The notes beneath the pieces were generated by a model. The model was not told the DNA's origin. It did not search any database and worked only from the letters and a program-made list of their open reading frames with translations. Below are positions 38,962 to 48,987 of a DNA stretch of 64,000 nt, in pieces. Within the stretch, counting starts at the first letter, position 1; each line of letters opens with the position of its first letter. The translations under genes and the position numbers were made by a program. This DNA comes from Candidatus Falkowbacteria bacterium HGW-Falkowbacteria-1. GTDB lineage: Bacteria > Patescibacteriota > Patescibacteriia > Patescibacteriales > UBA12465. The stretch is from the NCBI GenBank assembly GCA_002840305.1, contig PHAI01000001.1:29734-93733 (forward strand). The letters are read 5' to 3'.

Positions 38962-40134
38962 ATGTTGAAAAGAAAATTTAAAAACAAAAAAGCCTTGTCA
39001 CGTGGACGCGAAGCGTTTTTACGTGGCTTCACCCTCATAGAACTTCTAGTAGTAATAGCTATCATTGGCATACTTGCCACTCTAGCAGTTGTAGCCCTTC
39101 AACAAGCCAGACAAAGTGCTAGGGACTCCAAGAGAGTGGCTGACATGAAACAAGCCTCTACCGCCTTAGAACTATTCTTTAATGAAAACGGTAGATACCC
39201 CACCACAGATGAATGGAACAGCGGTTCCATTACCTCTTCTACTACCGGAGAAATATTTATGTACAATATTCCTACTGCCCCATCTCCAGCTGATGGCGAT
39301 TGTCTAGAAGCTTCTAATACTTATGCTTATATACCTCAAAATAGTGGGGCTAGTTATACTATAGATTTCTGTACAGGCAAACAAATATCAGACATGCCAG
39401 AAGGAGTGAAACAAATGACCCCGGGAGGAATAATCATGGGAAGTAGTGAGTCGAGCGGTGAAGGAGAAACCGAACCAGCTAGTATTGTTTTTGGTTTTAT
39501 TTATAACTGGTATGCGGTTAACGATGGAAGAGATATTGCTAATGATGAGTGGTTTGTGCCAGATGATTCTCAGTGGAATATTTTAATAAATTATTTGGGT
39601 GGCACCAGCGTAGCCGGGTCAAAGATGAAAGAATCAGGAGTCACATACTGGAAAGACCCAAATACTGGAACTAACGATTTCAACTTTAATGCTAGGGGCG
39701 GTGATGCTCGTGGTTTAAATGGTTACTTTCAATTAGCGGAGAATCAATATGGTCAACTTTGGAGCAAAAGCTCAACGCGATATCTTTCTTTGTATTACGA
39801 GGAAGATTCAGCTGGTGTTTACTCGGACTCTCCTAAGTGGGGTTATTATGTTCGTCTTTTTCGTGACGCCAGCATTGATGAACAAAACAATTTAAGCGAC
39901 GGAGAAAGTGCTGAGGCGTATATTGGTAATGATGGGAAGGTTTATAGAACAGTAAAGATAGGAGATCAGATTTGGTTAGCCGATAATCTTGCCGAAACAA
40001 AGTATTCAAATGGTGACTGGATTCCAGGATTTGACGATGGTTCATATACTGCGATATCTATTTCTAGTTGGGCAAACCTAACCACTGGTGCATTATGTGC
40101 CTACGACGACGATCTTTCCTACGTAATGGAGTAA
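38962..40134 (+). CDS. Type IV pilin module fused to a circularly permuted Fib_succ_major (FISUMP)-like domain
   Basis: Pilin module closely matches 4953..6464 up to PGGII. It is followed by GFIYNWYAV...VRLFRD and then [20 protein letters not shown]...GALCAY. Confidence 0.85.
   Translation: MLKRKFKNKKALSRGREAFLRGFTLIELLVVIAIIGILATLAVVALQQARQSARDSKRVADMKQASTALELFFNENGRYPTTDEWNSGSITSSTTGEIFMYNIPTAPSPADGDCLEASNTYAYIPQNSGASYTIDFCTGKQISDMPEGVKQMTPGGIIMGSSESSGEGETEPASIVFGFIYNWYAVNDGRDIANDEWFVPDDSQWNILINYLGGTSVAGSKMKESGVTYWKDPNTGTNDFNFNARGGDARGLNGYFQLAENQYGQLWSKSSTRYLSLYYEEDSAGVYSDSPKWGYYVRLFRDASIDEQNNLSDGESAEAYIGNDGKVYRTVKIGDQIWLADNLAETKYSNGDWIPGFDDGSYTAISISSWANLTTGALCAYDDDLSYVME
38997..39026. mobile_element. 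30-nt palindromic insertion with CTT flanking duplication in the prepilin leader
   Basis: CTT-GTCACGTGGACGCGAAGCGTTTTTACGTGG-CTT. Removing it restores AAA GCC TTC ACC (KAFT), as in the paralogue. Confidence 0.65.
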
Positions 40135-40246
40135 TCGACTTATATATAGGGGCAAATTTAATCTAGAGAGCTTATAAATTTAAGCTCTTTTTGATTAGTT
40201 GTTTTTGTTTTATTTCTATAATATAATTACTATATAATTATATTAT

Positions 40247-41425
40247 ATGAATATTCCCTTAGCTTTTCAACTTCGTCCACAAAATTTAAAAGAATTTTTT
40301 GGTCAAGAAAAAATAGTTGGACCAAATACTTGGTTGAGGTCGGTGATTGAAAAAGATCAACTGGCTTCTTTGGTTTTTTGGGGCCCGCCAGGCACGGGCA
40401 AGACCACTTTGGCTTTTATTATATCAAAAGAGGCTAAAGCTGATTTTGTGTCATTGTCGGCTGTCTCTAGCGGAATAAAAGATTTAAAGGAAATCGTTAT
40501 TAGAGCTGGGGAAAATAGAAGGTTTAATAAAAAAACCATTTTATTTATTGATGAAATTCATCGTTGGAATAAAGCTCAACAAGACGCTCTTTTACCTCAC
40601 ATTGAAAATGGGCTTTTGGTTTTAATTGGGGCTACCACTGAAAATCCTAGTTTCTCTGTTAATTCTTCTTTGCTTTCAAGATTAAAAGTTTTAATTTTAG
40701 AATCTTTGTCAGATAATGATTTGATAAATATTATTAAAAGAGCCGAAAAAAATACTGGTTTAAAAATGGGGCAAAAAGAGAGAAAATTAATAGCCAGCTT
40801 GAGCGGTGGTGATGCTAGAAGGGCTTTAAATATAGTTGAATCTATTCTAGAATCAAATGAAACCCCAAATTTGAAGTTAATTAAAGAACTTGCAAATAAA
40901 CCACAACTGCATTATGATAAAGACGGTGAAGAGCATTATAATTTGATATCAGCTTTACATAAATCTTTGCGCGGAAGCGATGCAAAAGCCGCTCTTTATT
41001 GGATAATAAGGATGTTGGAGTCAGGCGAAGATCCTTTGTATGTAGCCAGAAGATTAATCCGTTTTGCCAGCGAAGACATTGGCTTGGCTAATAACAGCGC
41101 TTTGATGATTGCCAACCAAGCGTATGAGGCTTGTGCCAAGATTGGTTGGCCGGAGTGTAGTTTATCTTTGGTACAAGCGACTATTTATTTGGCTAAATCA
41201 AAAAAGAGCATCGCCGTTTATAAGGCCTATAATTTAGGGATGGATGAAATAAGTCAAAGTGGTTCCTTGCCTGTTCCGATACATTTGAGAAATGCTCCAA
41301 CCAAGTTTATGAAGGATATTGGTTATGGAAAAGATTATAAATACACCCCAGAAGAAGATGATACCGGCCAAAATTACTTGCCAGATGGTTTAAAAAATCA
41401 AAAGTTTAAAAAACTAGTTCTATAA
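40247..41425 (+). CDS. rarA: Replication-associated recombination protein A
   Basis: WGPPGTGKTT, FIDEIHRWNKAQQD, GATTENPSF, ISALHKSLRGSD, VPIHLRNAPT. Confidence 0.95.
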   Translation: MNIPLAFQLRPQNLKEFFGQEKIVGPNTWLRSVIEKDQLASLVFWGPPGTGKTTLAFIISKEAKADFVSLSAVSSGIKDLKEIVIRAGENRRFNKKTILFIDEIHRWNKAQQDALLPHIENGLLVLIGATTENPSFSVNSSLLSRLKVLILESLSDNDLINIIKRAEKNTGLKMGQKERKLIASLSGGDARRALNIVESILESNETPNLKLIKELANKPQLHYDKDGEEHYNLISALHKSLRGSDAKAALYWIIRMLESGEDPLYVARRLIRFASEDIGLANNSALMIANQAYEACAKIGWPECSLSLVQATIYLAKSKKSIAVYKAYNLGMDEISQSGSLPVPIHLRNAPTKFMKDIGYGKDYKYTPEEDDTGQNYLPDGLKNQKFKKLVL

Positions 41426-41555
41426 ACTTCAAATATCTATCGTTTAGTTTAAGTGATCACGAATTTTTTGTTTCTTCTTGCAAATATGTTAGAATTTAAT
41501 TATTATAAAAAGTAATTTTTTATCATTCCCGCTTGCCTATTTTTAAAGGTAAAAC

Positions 41556-42797
41556 ATGGGTAATTTCTATATTTTTATGGATCCGAATTTTTTAATTTTA
41601 ATAGTACTTATAATTTTATCGGCTTTTTTTTCATCGGCTGAAGTTACCTTTTTGAGTTTGAACGACGCCAAGATAACGGCCATGATTGCGGCTAAAAAGA
41701 AAAATTCTTTGTTGGTTAAGCAGTTGAAAAGCAATCCTAGGTCTCTTTTGATAAGCATTTTAATTGGTAACAACATAGTTAATATTGCCGCAGCTTCTTT
41801 GGCTACCGTAACTTTTGCCGAATATTTTGATTCCGCAGTTATTGGTCTGACAACAGGAATAATGACCATTGTCATTCTTATTTTTGGAGAAATAGTGCCA
41901 AAATCTTTTGCATCTTCTCATGCTGTTTTATTGTCTCGTTATTTCGCCCCTATTTTGTTCTTTTTTAAAAAAATATTTTTGCCAATTATTTGGACTATGG
42001 AGAAGCTAACCAATTTGTTAGTTGGCAACCATAAATCTGAAAAAATCAGCGAAGAAGAGTTGAGAGCCCTGGCCATGGTCGGCGTTGAACAAGGGACTAT
42101 TGAAAAAAATGAGGGGGCAATGATAGAAAAACTTTTTAAATTTAATGATATTTCAGCTGAGGATATTATGACTCCTAGGGTAGAATTGGTTTATGCTCTA
42201 GATACTAGTTCCATGGAAGAAATTGCCATTGAGATAGAAAAACACGGGATAACTAGATGTTTGGTGGTGAAAGAAACGACGGATAATGTCTTGGGATTTA
42301 TTCATGCCCAAGATGTTCTGTTGGCCTTTAGGAATGGAAAAGAAAAAGAAGCCATAACATCTTTGATTAGACCGATTGTCTTTGTTCCCAAACAGATGTT
42401 AATCAATAATATTTTAAAAGAATTTCAAAGAAGGAAAATTCATATTGCTGTCGTGCTTGATGAATATGGAGGAACTGATGGTATTATAACTCTTGAAGAT
42501 ATCATTGAAGAGCTGGTGGGAGAAATTGTTGATGAGCATGATATTGATGACGATTTTATCAAGAGAATTGGCAAAAACGAAATTATAGTTTCCGGAAACG
42601 TTGAATGTCGGGATGTAAATCGTTTTTTAAACATTAGATTGTCTGATGACGATCTAGACACAGTGGCTGATTTTATATTAGAAACAATTAAAAGAATACC
42701 GACCGAAGGAACCACGATTGATAAGGATAATTTTTCTTGTTCAGTTGAAAAAATTGAAAATAAGGTAATTAAAACGGTTAGAATTATCAAAAATTAA
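41556..42797 (+). CDS. Hemolysin-family CNNM/CBS/CorC protein
   Basis: SAFFSSAE, ILIGNNIVNI, FGEIVPKS, IMTPR, DEYGGT.GIITLEDIIEELVGEI.DE.D. Confidence 0.92.
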   Translation: MGNFYIFMDPNFLILIVLIILSAFFSSAEVTFLSLNDAKITAMIAAKKKNSLLVKQLKSNPRSLLISILIGNNIVNIAAASLATVTFAEYFDSAVIGLTTGIMTIVILIFGEIVPKSFASSHAVLLSRYFAPILFFFKKIFLPIIWTMEKLTNLLVGNHKSEKISEEELRALAMVGVEQGTIEKNEGAMIEKLFKFNDISAEDIMTPRVELVYALDTSSMEEIAIEIEKHGITRCLVVKETTDNVLGFIHAQDVLLAFRNGKEKEAITSLIRPIVFVPKQMLINNILKEFQRRKIHIAVVLDEYGGTDGIITLEDIIEELVGEIVDEHDIDDDFIKRIGKNEIIVSGNVECRDVNRFLNIRLSDDDLDTVADFILETIKRIPTEGTTIDKDNFSCSVEKIENKVIKTVRIIKN

Positions 42798-42808
42798 ATA
42801 ATAAAAAT

Positions 42809-45733
42809 ATGTTAGATAATGACAAAAAAATAAAAACAGAAGAAAAAGTTTTAGATTTTTGGCAAAAAAATGAAATATTTGAAAAAACTATTAACAAAGA
42901 ATCCGTAAAAGGAGAATATGTTTTTTATGATGGACCACCTTTCGCTACCGGGACCCCTCATTATGGGCATATTGTTGGACAGATAATGAAAGATGTTGTC
43001 CCTAGGTTTTTTACTATGAACGGTTACAGAGTTGAAAGAAAATGGGGATGGGATTGTCATGGTCTTCCAATCGAGAACATAGTAGAGAAAGAAATGGGGA
43101 CAAAAAGCAAAAAAGAAATTGAAGAAATTGGGGTTGAAAAATTTAACACAAGTTGTCGATCAAAAGTTTTGGAATATGCAGGCGAATGGTACAAAGCCTC
43201 TGACAAACTAGGCAGATTTGTTGATAAAAAAAATGCTTATAGCACAATGGATCTCAATTACATGGAGTCAGTATGGTGGGTTTTTAAGGAATTATGGAAT
43301 AAGGATTTAATTTACAAAGATTATCGCTCTATGCACGTTTGTCCTCGTTGTGAAACCACTTTATCTCAATCAGAAGTAACCGAAGGATATCAAAATATAA
43401 AAGATTTGTCTTGCGTAGCCAAATTTAAATTATTGGAAGAAGAAAATACTTTTGTTTTAGCCTGGACTACTACACCATGGACTTTAATAGGAAATGTTGC
43501 CTTGGCGGTTGGAGAGGGGATTGATTATGTTAAAATTTCCCATCAGAAAGAAGATGGAAATTATGAATATTATATTTTAGCCAAAGATCGATTAGCTGAT
43601 GTTTTGAAGGATAAAAATTATGAAGTAATAAAAGAATTTAAAGGCGCTAGTTTGATTGCAAAAAAGTATCAGACTCTTTTTGATTATTATGTTAATGATG
43701 AAAAGCTACAAAATAAAGACAATGCCTGGAAAATATATTCTGCCGAATTTGTTAACACTGAAGATGGGACGGGTATTGTTCACATAGCACCGGCCTTTGG
43801 TCAAGACGACATGAATTTGGGCAAGGAAAATAATCTTCCATTTATTCAACATGTTAATATGGATGGACATTTTAAGGATGAGGTTAAAGATTTCGTAGGA
43901 TTAAATGTTAAACCGGTTGAGGATCATATGTCCACTGATATTGAAATTATAAAGTATTTGGCTGCTAGAGGTCTTCTCTTTTCTAAGGAAAAATATGAAC
44001 ATAGCTATCCTCATTGTTGGCGCTGCGACACGCCTCTTATTAATTATGCTACCTCTTCTTGGTTTGTAAGTGTTACAAAGATAAAAGAAAAATTGTTAGA
44101 AGAGGCAAAAAATATAAATTGGTCGCCGGACTACTTAAAAGAAGGCCGTTTTGGTAACTGGTTAGAAGGAGCTAGGGACTGGTCAATCTCTCGTCAAAGA
44201 TTTTGGGCTAGCCCTATTCCAATCTGGGAATGTGCTTGTGGGGAAAGAAAAGTTGTAGGTTCGGTTTCGGAATTAGAAGAATTAAGTGGGGAGAAAATAA
44301 AGGATATTCATAAAGATAAAGTTGATGCCGTTTCTTTTGGTTGTCCTTCTTGTGGCGGAAAAATGAAAAGAATTCCCGATGTTTTGGATTGTTGGTTTGA
44401 AAGTGGCTCCATGCCTTATGCTCAGCTACATTATCCATTTGAAAACAAAGATAAATTTGAAAAAAATTTTCCAGCTGAATTTATTGCTGAAGGAGTTGAT
44501 CAAACTAGAGCTTGGTTTTATTATTTGCATGTAATAGCCTGTGGTTTATTTGGTAAAAATGCTTTCAAGAATGTCATAGTTAATGGCATCGTCTTAGCTG
44601 AAGATGGTAGAAAAATGAGCAAGAGATTAAAAAATTATCCCGACCCAATGTTAATTGTGGACAAATACGGAGCTGATTCTCTTAGAGCTTATTTATTGTC
44701 ATCTCCGGTTGTTTCTGCTGAAAATCTAAATTTTTCTGAAAAGGGCGTGGAGGAAGCACTTAGAAAAAACATAATGTTAATAAATAATATCTATAATTTT
44801 TATCAAATGTACGCGGAAGATTTAAAGGAATCTGACCTTGATAAATATAAAGAGACAAATAACGTTTTGGATCTTTGGATATTTAAAAAAATAAATATTT
44901 TGATAGAAGAAGTTGGCTCGGCCATGCTATCCTATAATTTGGTTAAAGCGATGAGACCTATTACTGCTTTCATTGATGAGTTTTCCACCTGGTATTTAAG
45001 GAGAAGCAGAGACAGACTCAAGGGAGAGGACCAAAATGATAAGATTTTTGCCTTATCTATGATGCGCTTTGTTTTTCTAAATTTGTCGAAAGTTATAGCC
45101 CCCTTCATGCCTTTTATAGCTGAAGACTTGTGGCAGAAAATTACTGCTAATAATTTTTCTGATAACAACAAAAGTGTTCACTTAGAGTCTTGGCCTAAAA
45201 GTGAAGAAAGAAATGAAGTGGGAGACGTGTTGGAGTTGATGTCCGAGGTTAAAAAAATTGTTGAATTGGGTCTAGCAGAAAGAGACAAGGCCGGAATAAA
45301 AGTGAGGCAAATATTAAATAAAATAACCGTTTTCGGCGCAGAATTAAAAATAAGAGACAAAGAAGAATATCTAGGTCTATTGAAAGATGAATTAAATGTT
45401 AAGGGCGTAGAGATTAATGATGGTGGCGATTTAAAAGTTGAACTAGACATTGAAATAACAGAAGAGTTGAGATTGGAGGGCGTGAAAAGAGATTTAATAA
45501 GATTTATTAATTTAATGAGAAAAGATCTTGATTTATCAATAGGCGACTTGGCTAAAGTTTCTTTAATTTCAGACTCGGCTTTAGTTAAAAGTGCGATATC
45601 AAAATTTAAAGAGGAGATAAAAAAAGAGACACTAAGTTCTGATTTGTCGGAGGGAAACAAAGAGCCCGAGAACTTTTTAATAAAAAAAGAAGTTAAAATT
45701 GAAGAAAGCGAGATGTCAGTTTTTATTTATTGA
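42809..45733 (+). CDS. ileS: Isoleucyl-tRNA synthetase (type 2)
   Basis: DGPPFATGTPHYGH, GWDCHGLP, WTTTPWTL, KMSKR, and IleRS2-type C-terminus EG..RDLIR.I...RK. Confidence 0.96.
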   Translation: MLDNDKKIKTEEKVLDFWQKNEIFEKTINKESVKGEYVFYDGPPFATGTPHYGHIVGQIMKDVVPRFFTMNGYRVERKWGWDCHGLPIENIVEKEMGTKSKKEIEEIGVEKFNTSCRSKVLEYAGEWYKASDKLGRFVDKKNAYSTMDLNYMESVWWVFKELWNKDLIYKDYRSMHVCPRCETTLSQSEVTEGYQNIKDLSCVAKFKLLEEENTFVLAWTTTPWTLIGNVALAVGEGIDYVKISHQKEDGNYEYYILAKDRLADVLKDKNYEVIKEFKGASLIAKKYQTLFDYYVNDEKLQNKDNAWKIYSAEFVNTEDGTGIVHIAPAFGQDDMNLGKENNLPFIQHVNMDGHFKDEVKDFVGLNVKPVEDHMSTDIEIIKYLAARGLLFSKEKYEHSYPHCWRCDTPLINYATSSWFVSVTKIKEKLLEEAKNINWSPDYLKEGRFGNWLEGARDWSISRQRFWASPIPIWECACGERKVVGSVSELEELSGEKIKDIHKDKVDAVSFGCPSCGGKMKRIPDVLDCWFESGSMPYAQLHYPFENKDKFEKNFPAEFIAEGVDQTRAWFYYLHVIACGLFGKNAFKNVIVNGIVLAEDGRKMSKRLKNYPDPMLIVDKYGADSLRAYLLSSPVVSAENLNFSEKGVEEALRKNIMLINNIYNFYQMYAEDLKESDLDKYKETNNVLDLWIFKKINILIEEVGSAMLSYNLVKAMRPITAFIDEFSTWYLRRSRDRLKGEDQNDKIFALSMMRFVFLNLSKVIAPFMPFIAEDLWQKITANNFSDNNKSVHLESWPKSEERNEVGDVLELMSEVKKIVELGLAERDKAGIKVRQILNKITVFGAELKIRDKEEYLGLLKDELNVKGVEINDGGDLKVELDIEITEELRLEGVKRDLIRFINLMRKDLDLSIGDLAKVSLISDSALVKSAISKFKEEIKKETLSSDLSEGNKEPENFLIKKEVKIEESEMSVFIY

Positions 45734-45859
45734 TTTTTATTTAAATTTTTGCTATAATAGACATGCTCTCTGTTGCTTAAATTATCGCCGAAGTTTAGCT
45801 TTGCGAAACGAAAACGGTAATAGCAATGGGCGGGATTTATAATTAATTTATTCAAAAAT

Positions 45860-46420
45860 ATGGCTTTGTGGATTATTTTAGGGATTTTATTCGTTTTGGT
45901 AGTGGCCGTTATTTCAATGTATAATGGCTTGATTCGTCTTAAAAACAGGGTTGATGAAGCTTGGAGTGATATTGATGTTCAACTAAAAAGACGTTATGAT
46001 CTTATTCCAAATTTAATAGAAATTGTTAAAGGTTATGCTTCTCACGAGAAGGAGACTTTTGAAAAAGTTGTTCAAGCAAGATCCAACGCGATGTCATTAC
46101 AAAATAGTGATAACGTCGAAGAGAAGTTACAAGCAGAGAACGCCTTGTCCTCAACTTTAAAATCAATTTTTGCTTTAAGTGAAAATTACCCTGATTTAAA
46201 AGCAAATCAAAACTTTTTAGAGTTGCAAAGAGAATTAGCTGATACTGAAAATAAAATTCAGGCCTCAAGAAGGTTTTACAATGGCAATGTTCGTGACTTC
46301 AATACTAAGTTACAAATTTTTCCAACAAACATGATCGCCAAACAGCTAGGTTTTTCATCGAGAAAGTTTTTCGAAATAGAAGAAGCTGCTCAAAAGGAAA
46401 ATATTCAAGTAAAATTTTAG
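45860..46420 (+). CDS. lemA: LemA family protein
   Basis: AWSDIDVQLKRRYDLIPNL, ENYPDLKANQNF, SRRFYN. Confidence 0.95.
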   Translation: MALWIILGILFVLVVAVISMYNGLIRLKNRVDEAWSDIDVQLKRRYDLIPNLIEIVKGYASHEKETFEKVVQARSNAMSLQNSDNVEEKLQAENALSSTLKSIFALSENYPDLKANQNFLELQRELADTENKIQASRRFYNGNVRDFNTKLQIFPTNMIAKQLGFSSRKFFEIEEAAQKENIQVKF

Positions 46421-46446
46421 ATTTTTAGTATTTATTATATCGTAAT

Positions 46447-46620
46447 ATGTTTAATTTTATCATTAAGAATGTTTCGGCTTCTGGGCTAGGGACCGAGTTT
46501 GCTCCTCAAGCCAGTATGACTGGTGGTAGTGATAGCATGAGCTTGTTTTGGGTAGTCGGTGGAGTATTGCTCATAGCCGGGGTTGCTGGATTTTTTGCCT
46601 ATAAATTTTTTTTGGAATAA
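46447..46620 (+). CDS. 57-aa single-TM small protein (below ORF-track cutoff)
   Basis: MFNFIIKNVSASGLGTEFAPQASMTGGSDSMSLFWVVGGVLLIAGVAGFFAYKFFLE, co-oriented between lemA and htpX. Confidence 0.65.
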   Translation: MFNFIIKNVSASGLGTEFAPQASMTGGSDSMSLFWVVGGVLLIAGVAGFFAYKFFLE

Positions 46621-46744
46621 GTTAACTTTTCCACGTTAATTATGCTTTGTTAATTTTTCGTTTATTGGGGGTTTTTATTAAGTGTCTTTTCTGTTTGAAA
46701 AAACATTTAACGATGGCCCCCTCTAATAATTTTTAGAGATATTT

Positions 46745-47641
46745 ATGACCTTATATAACCAAAGTGATAAAAATAAAAGAAAAACTTGGTTTTTATTTTC
46801 GTCTTTTTTAATCTTTGTGATGGCCGTAGGCTATGTTTTTTCCTTGGCCTTTGAAGAACCAGCTATTGTTTATATTGCTGTGTTTATTAGTTTTTTATCG
46901 GCGTTTATTAGCTATTGGTTTAGTGATAAGATAGTTTTGTCTATGAGCAACGCTCATGAACTGAAAATAGATGATAACAGAGAGCTTTATCGTTTGGTGG
47001 AAAATTTATGTATAACAACGGGATCGCCCTTGCCAAAAATATATATGATAGATGATTTGGCTCCGAATGCTTTCGCTACTGGTAGAAACCCCAAAAACGC
47101 AGTAATAGCGGTTACAACCGGCCTTTTGGAAAAGTTAGACAGAAGTGAGCTGGAGGGCGTTATTGCTCATGAGCTTTCTCATATAAAGAGTTATGATATC
47201 TTGATTGCAACTTTAACTACAATCTTGGTCGGTATGATTGTTATTTTGTCTGATATTTTCGTTCGTTGGGCTTTTTTTCGTGGTGGCTCTAAAAGCAGTA
47301 GTAAAGATGGGTCAAAAATATTAATAATTATTATTGCGGTTATTCTTTCTATATTGGCCCCAATCTTTGCTTATTTAATGCAGTTTGCCATTTCTCGTAA
47401 AAGAGAATTTTTAGCTGATGCTGATGGAGCTCTTACCACTAGATACCCAGAAGGTTTAGCCAGAGCACTTGAGAAAATTTCTCAGGATGATAATCAGCTC
47501 AGGGCAGTTAACAAGGCAACGGCCCATTTATATATAGCATCACCTTTAAAAGAAAAGAAAAAAGCTTTCTTTGCTAAAGCTTTTATGACTCATCCTCCGA
47601 TAGAGGAAAGAATTAGCGCCTTAAGAGGAATGGAGTTGTAG
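46745..47641 (+). CDS. htpX: M48 zinc metalloprotease HtpX
   Basis: PNAFATGR, AHELSH (HEXXH), SRKREFLAD, THPPIEERI. Confidence 0.95.
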   Translation: MTLYNQSDKNKRKTWFLFSSFLIFVMAVGYVFSLAFEEPAIVYIAVFISFLSAFISYWFSDKIVLSMSNAHELKIDDNRELYRLVENLCITTGSPLPKIYMIDDLAPNAFATGRNPKNAVIAVTTGLLEKLDRSELEGVIAHELSHIKSYDILIATLTTILVGMIVILSDIFVRWAFFRGGSKSSSKDGSKILIIIIAVILSILAPIFAYLMQFAISRKREFLADADGALTTRYPEGLARALEKISQDDNQLRAVNKATAHLYIASPLKEKKKAFFAKAFMTHPPIEERISALRGMEL

Positions 47642-47645
47642 TAGA

Positions 47646-47731
47646 ATTATTAGGATTCTTGAGATATTTGTGAAGCTTGAGATAAAAATCCTAACAATCT
47701 TAATGATTCCAAGAGTCTTAATAATCTTAAT
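47646..47731. repeat. Inverted pair of 9-nt tandem arrays
   Basis: attattagg attcttgag atatttgtg aagcttgag, facing aatcctaac aatcttaat gattccaag agtcttaat aatcttaat. Confidence 0.7.
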
Positions 47732-47740
47732 TTGTTAAAT

Positions 47741-48790
47741 ATGGATACAAAAATAATAGCTACAATTGGACCAAAATCAGAAAATCATGCCATTTTGAAA
47801 TCTATGATTCTAAGTGGTTTGGACATGGTTCGTATAAATTTTTCTCATGCCAGTTATGATCAGTACTACAGGGTCAAAGGAACTTTGGATATAATAAAAG
47901 AAGAAACCGGCATTGACGTAAAAATATTGTTTGATTTACAGGGACCAAGAATTAGGGTGGGCAAGTTAAATCACGATGTTTTAATGAATGATGGTGACGT
48001 TTATTCTTTTTTATTTCAGAAAGGGGATATTGATAACATGGAAATTCCAATCGATGATGCGGAGCTAATTCAGGACTTGAAAATCGATGATCCAATCTTT
48101 TTGGACAATGGCTCAATAGAGCTCAAGGTCATAGAATTAGATTTGTTAAATCAAAAATTTTTAGCCAAAGTGGAGCGAGGCGGTTTGCTTTTACCTCGCA
48201 AGGGTTTAAATGTCCCAAAAACAGTTTTAAAAAGGCCAATACTTACAGCTAAAGATCTACTTGATATTGAATTCGCTAAAAAAGTAAAGCCGGAATACAT
48301 CGCTATTTCTTTTGTTCAAAATAGCCAGGACGTGGTTGAATTAAAGAAAATACTGAATAATGACGACATAAAGATCGTCTCTAAAATAGAAAGAGCCGTA
48401 GCGCTTGACGATATCGATAATATTATTAGGAAGTCGGATTGCATAATGATCGCCAGGGGTGATTTAGGGATAGAAATGCCAATGGAAGATTTACCTATTA
48501 TTCAAAAAAATTTGATAAGACATGCGCATTGGCATAACAAACCAGCTATAGTGGCGACCCAAATGATGGCTTCCATGATTGATCATTATCGCCCAACCAG
48601 AGCAGAGGTGAGTGACGTGGCCAATGCTATTTTTGACGGATCAGATGCTTTAATGCTTTCAGACGAGACTGCCGCTGGTGCTTATCCAATCGATGCTATC
48701 AAAATAATGTCTAAAATAATAAATAAAACTAACGAATACTTCAATAATCGCAACTATTTTAATGATTCAGATGTTATTTATAAAAAATAA
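47741..48790 (+). CDS. pyk: Pyruvate kinase (short form)
   Basis: TKIIATIGP, RINFSH, DLQGPRIR, IVSKIE, MIARGDLG, PTRAEVSDVANA. Ends without a full C-terminal domain. Confidence 0.93.
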   Translation: MDTKIIATIGPKSENHAILKSMILSGLDMVRINFSHASYDQYYRVKGTLDIIKEETGIDVKILFDLQGPRIRVGKLNHDVLMNDGDVYSFLFQKGDIDNMEIPIDDAELIQDLKIDDPIFLDNGSIELKVIELDLLNQKFLAKVERGGLLLPRKGLNVPKTVLKRPILTAKDLLDIEFAKKVKPEYIAISFVQNSQDVVELKKILNNDDIKIVSKIERAVALDDIDNIIRKSDCIMIARGDLGIEMPMEDLPIIQKNLIRHAHWHNKPAIVATQMMASMIDHYRPTRAEVSDVANAIFDGSDALMLSDETAAGAYPIDAIKIMSKIINKTNEYFNNRNYFNDSDVIYKK

Positions 48791-48799
48791 ATAAAGAAA

Positions 48800-48850
48800 A
48801 TAGATCTCTCCGCTCGCCATCCGCAGGATGACTCGGTCGAGATGACAAAA
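48800..48850 (+). repeat. REP-like element
   Basis: ATAGATCTCTCCGCTC-GCCATCCGCAGGATGA-CTCGGTCGAGATGACAAAA. Confidence 0.85.
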
Positions 48851-48987
48851 GAGGGGTTTGTCCTTTAGAGACTTTTGTGCTATAATAAACTTAGCAAAAA
48901 GGGTCTAAATACCCTATATTTTGTTTGTGTTTGCCCTTTTTTGCTTATAGGCGACAAACATTCTAAAAAGTAAAAAGTTAAAATAAA

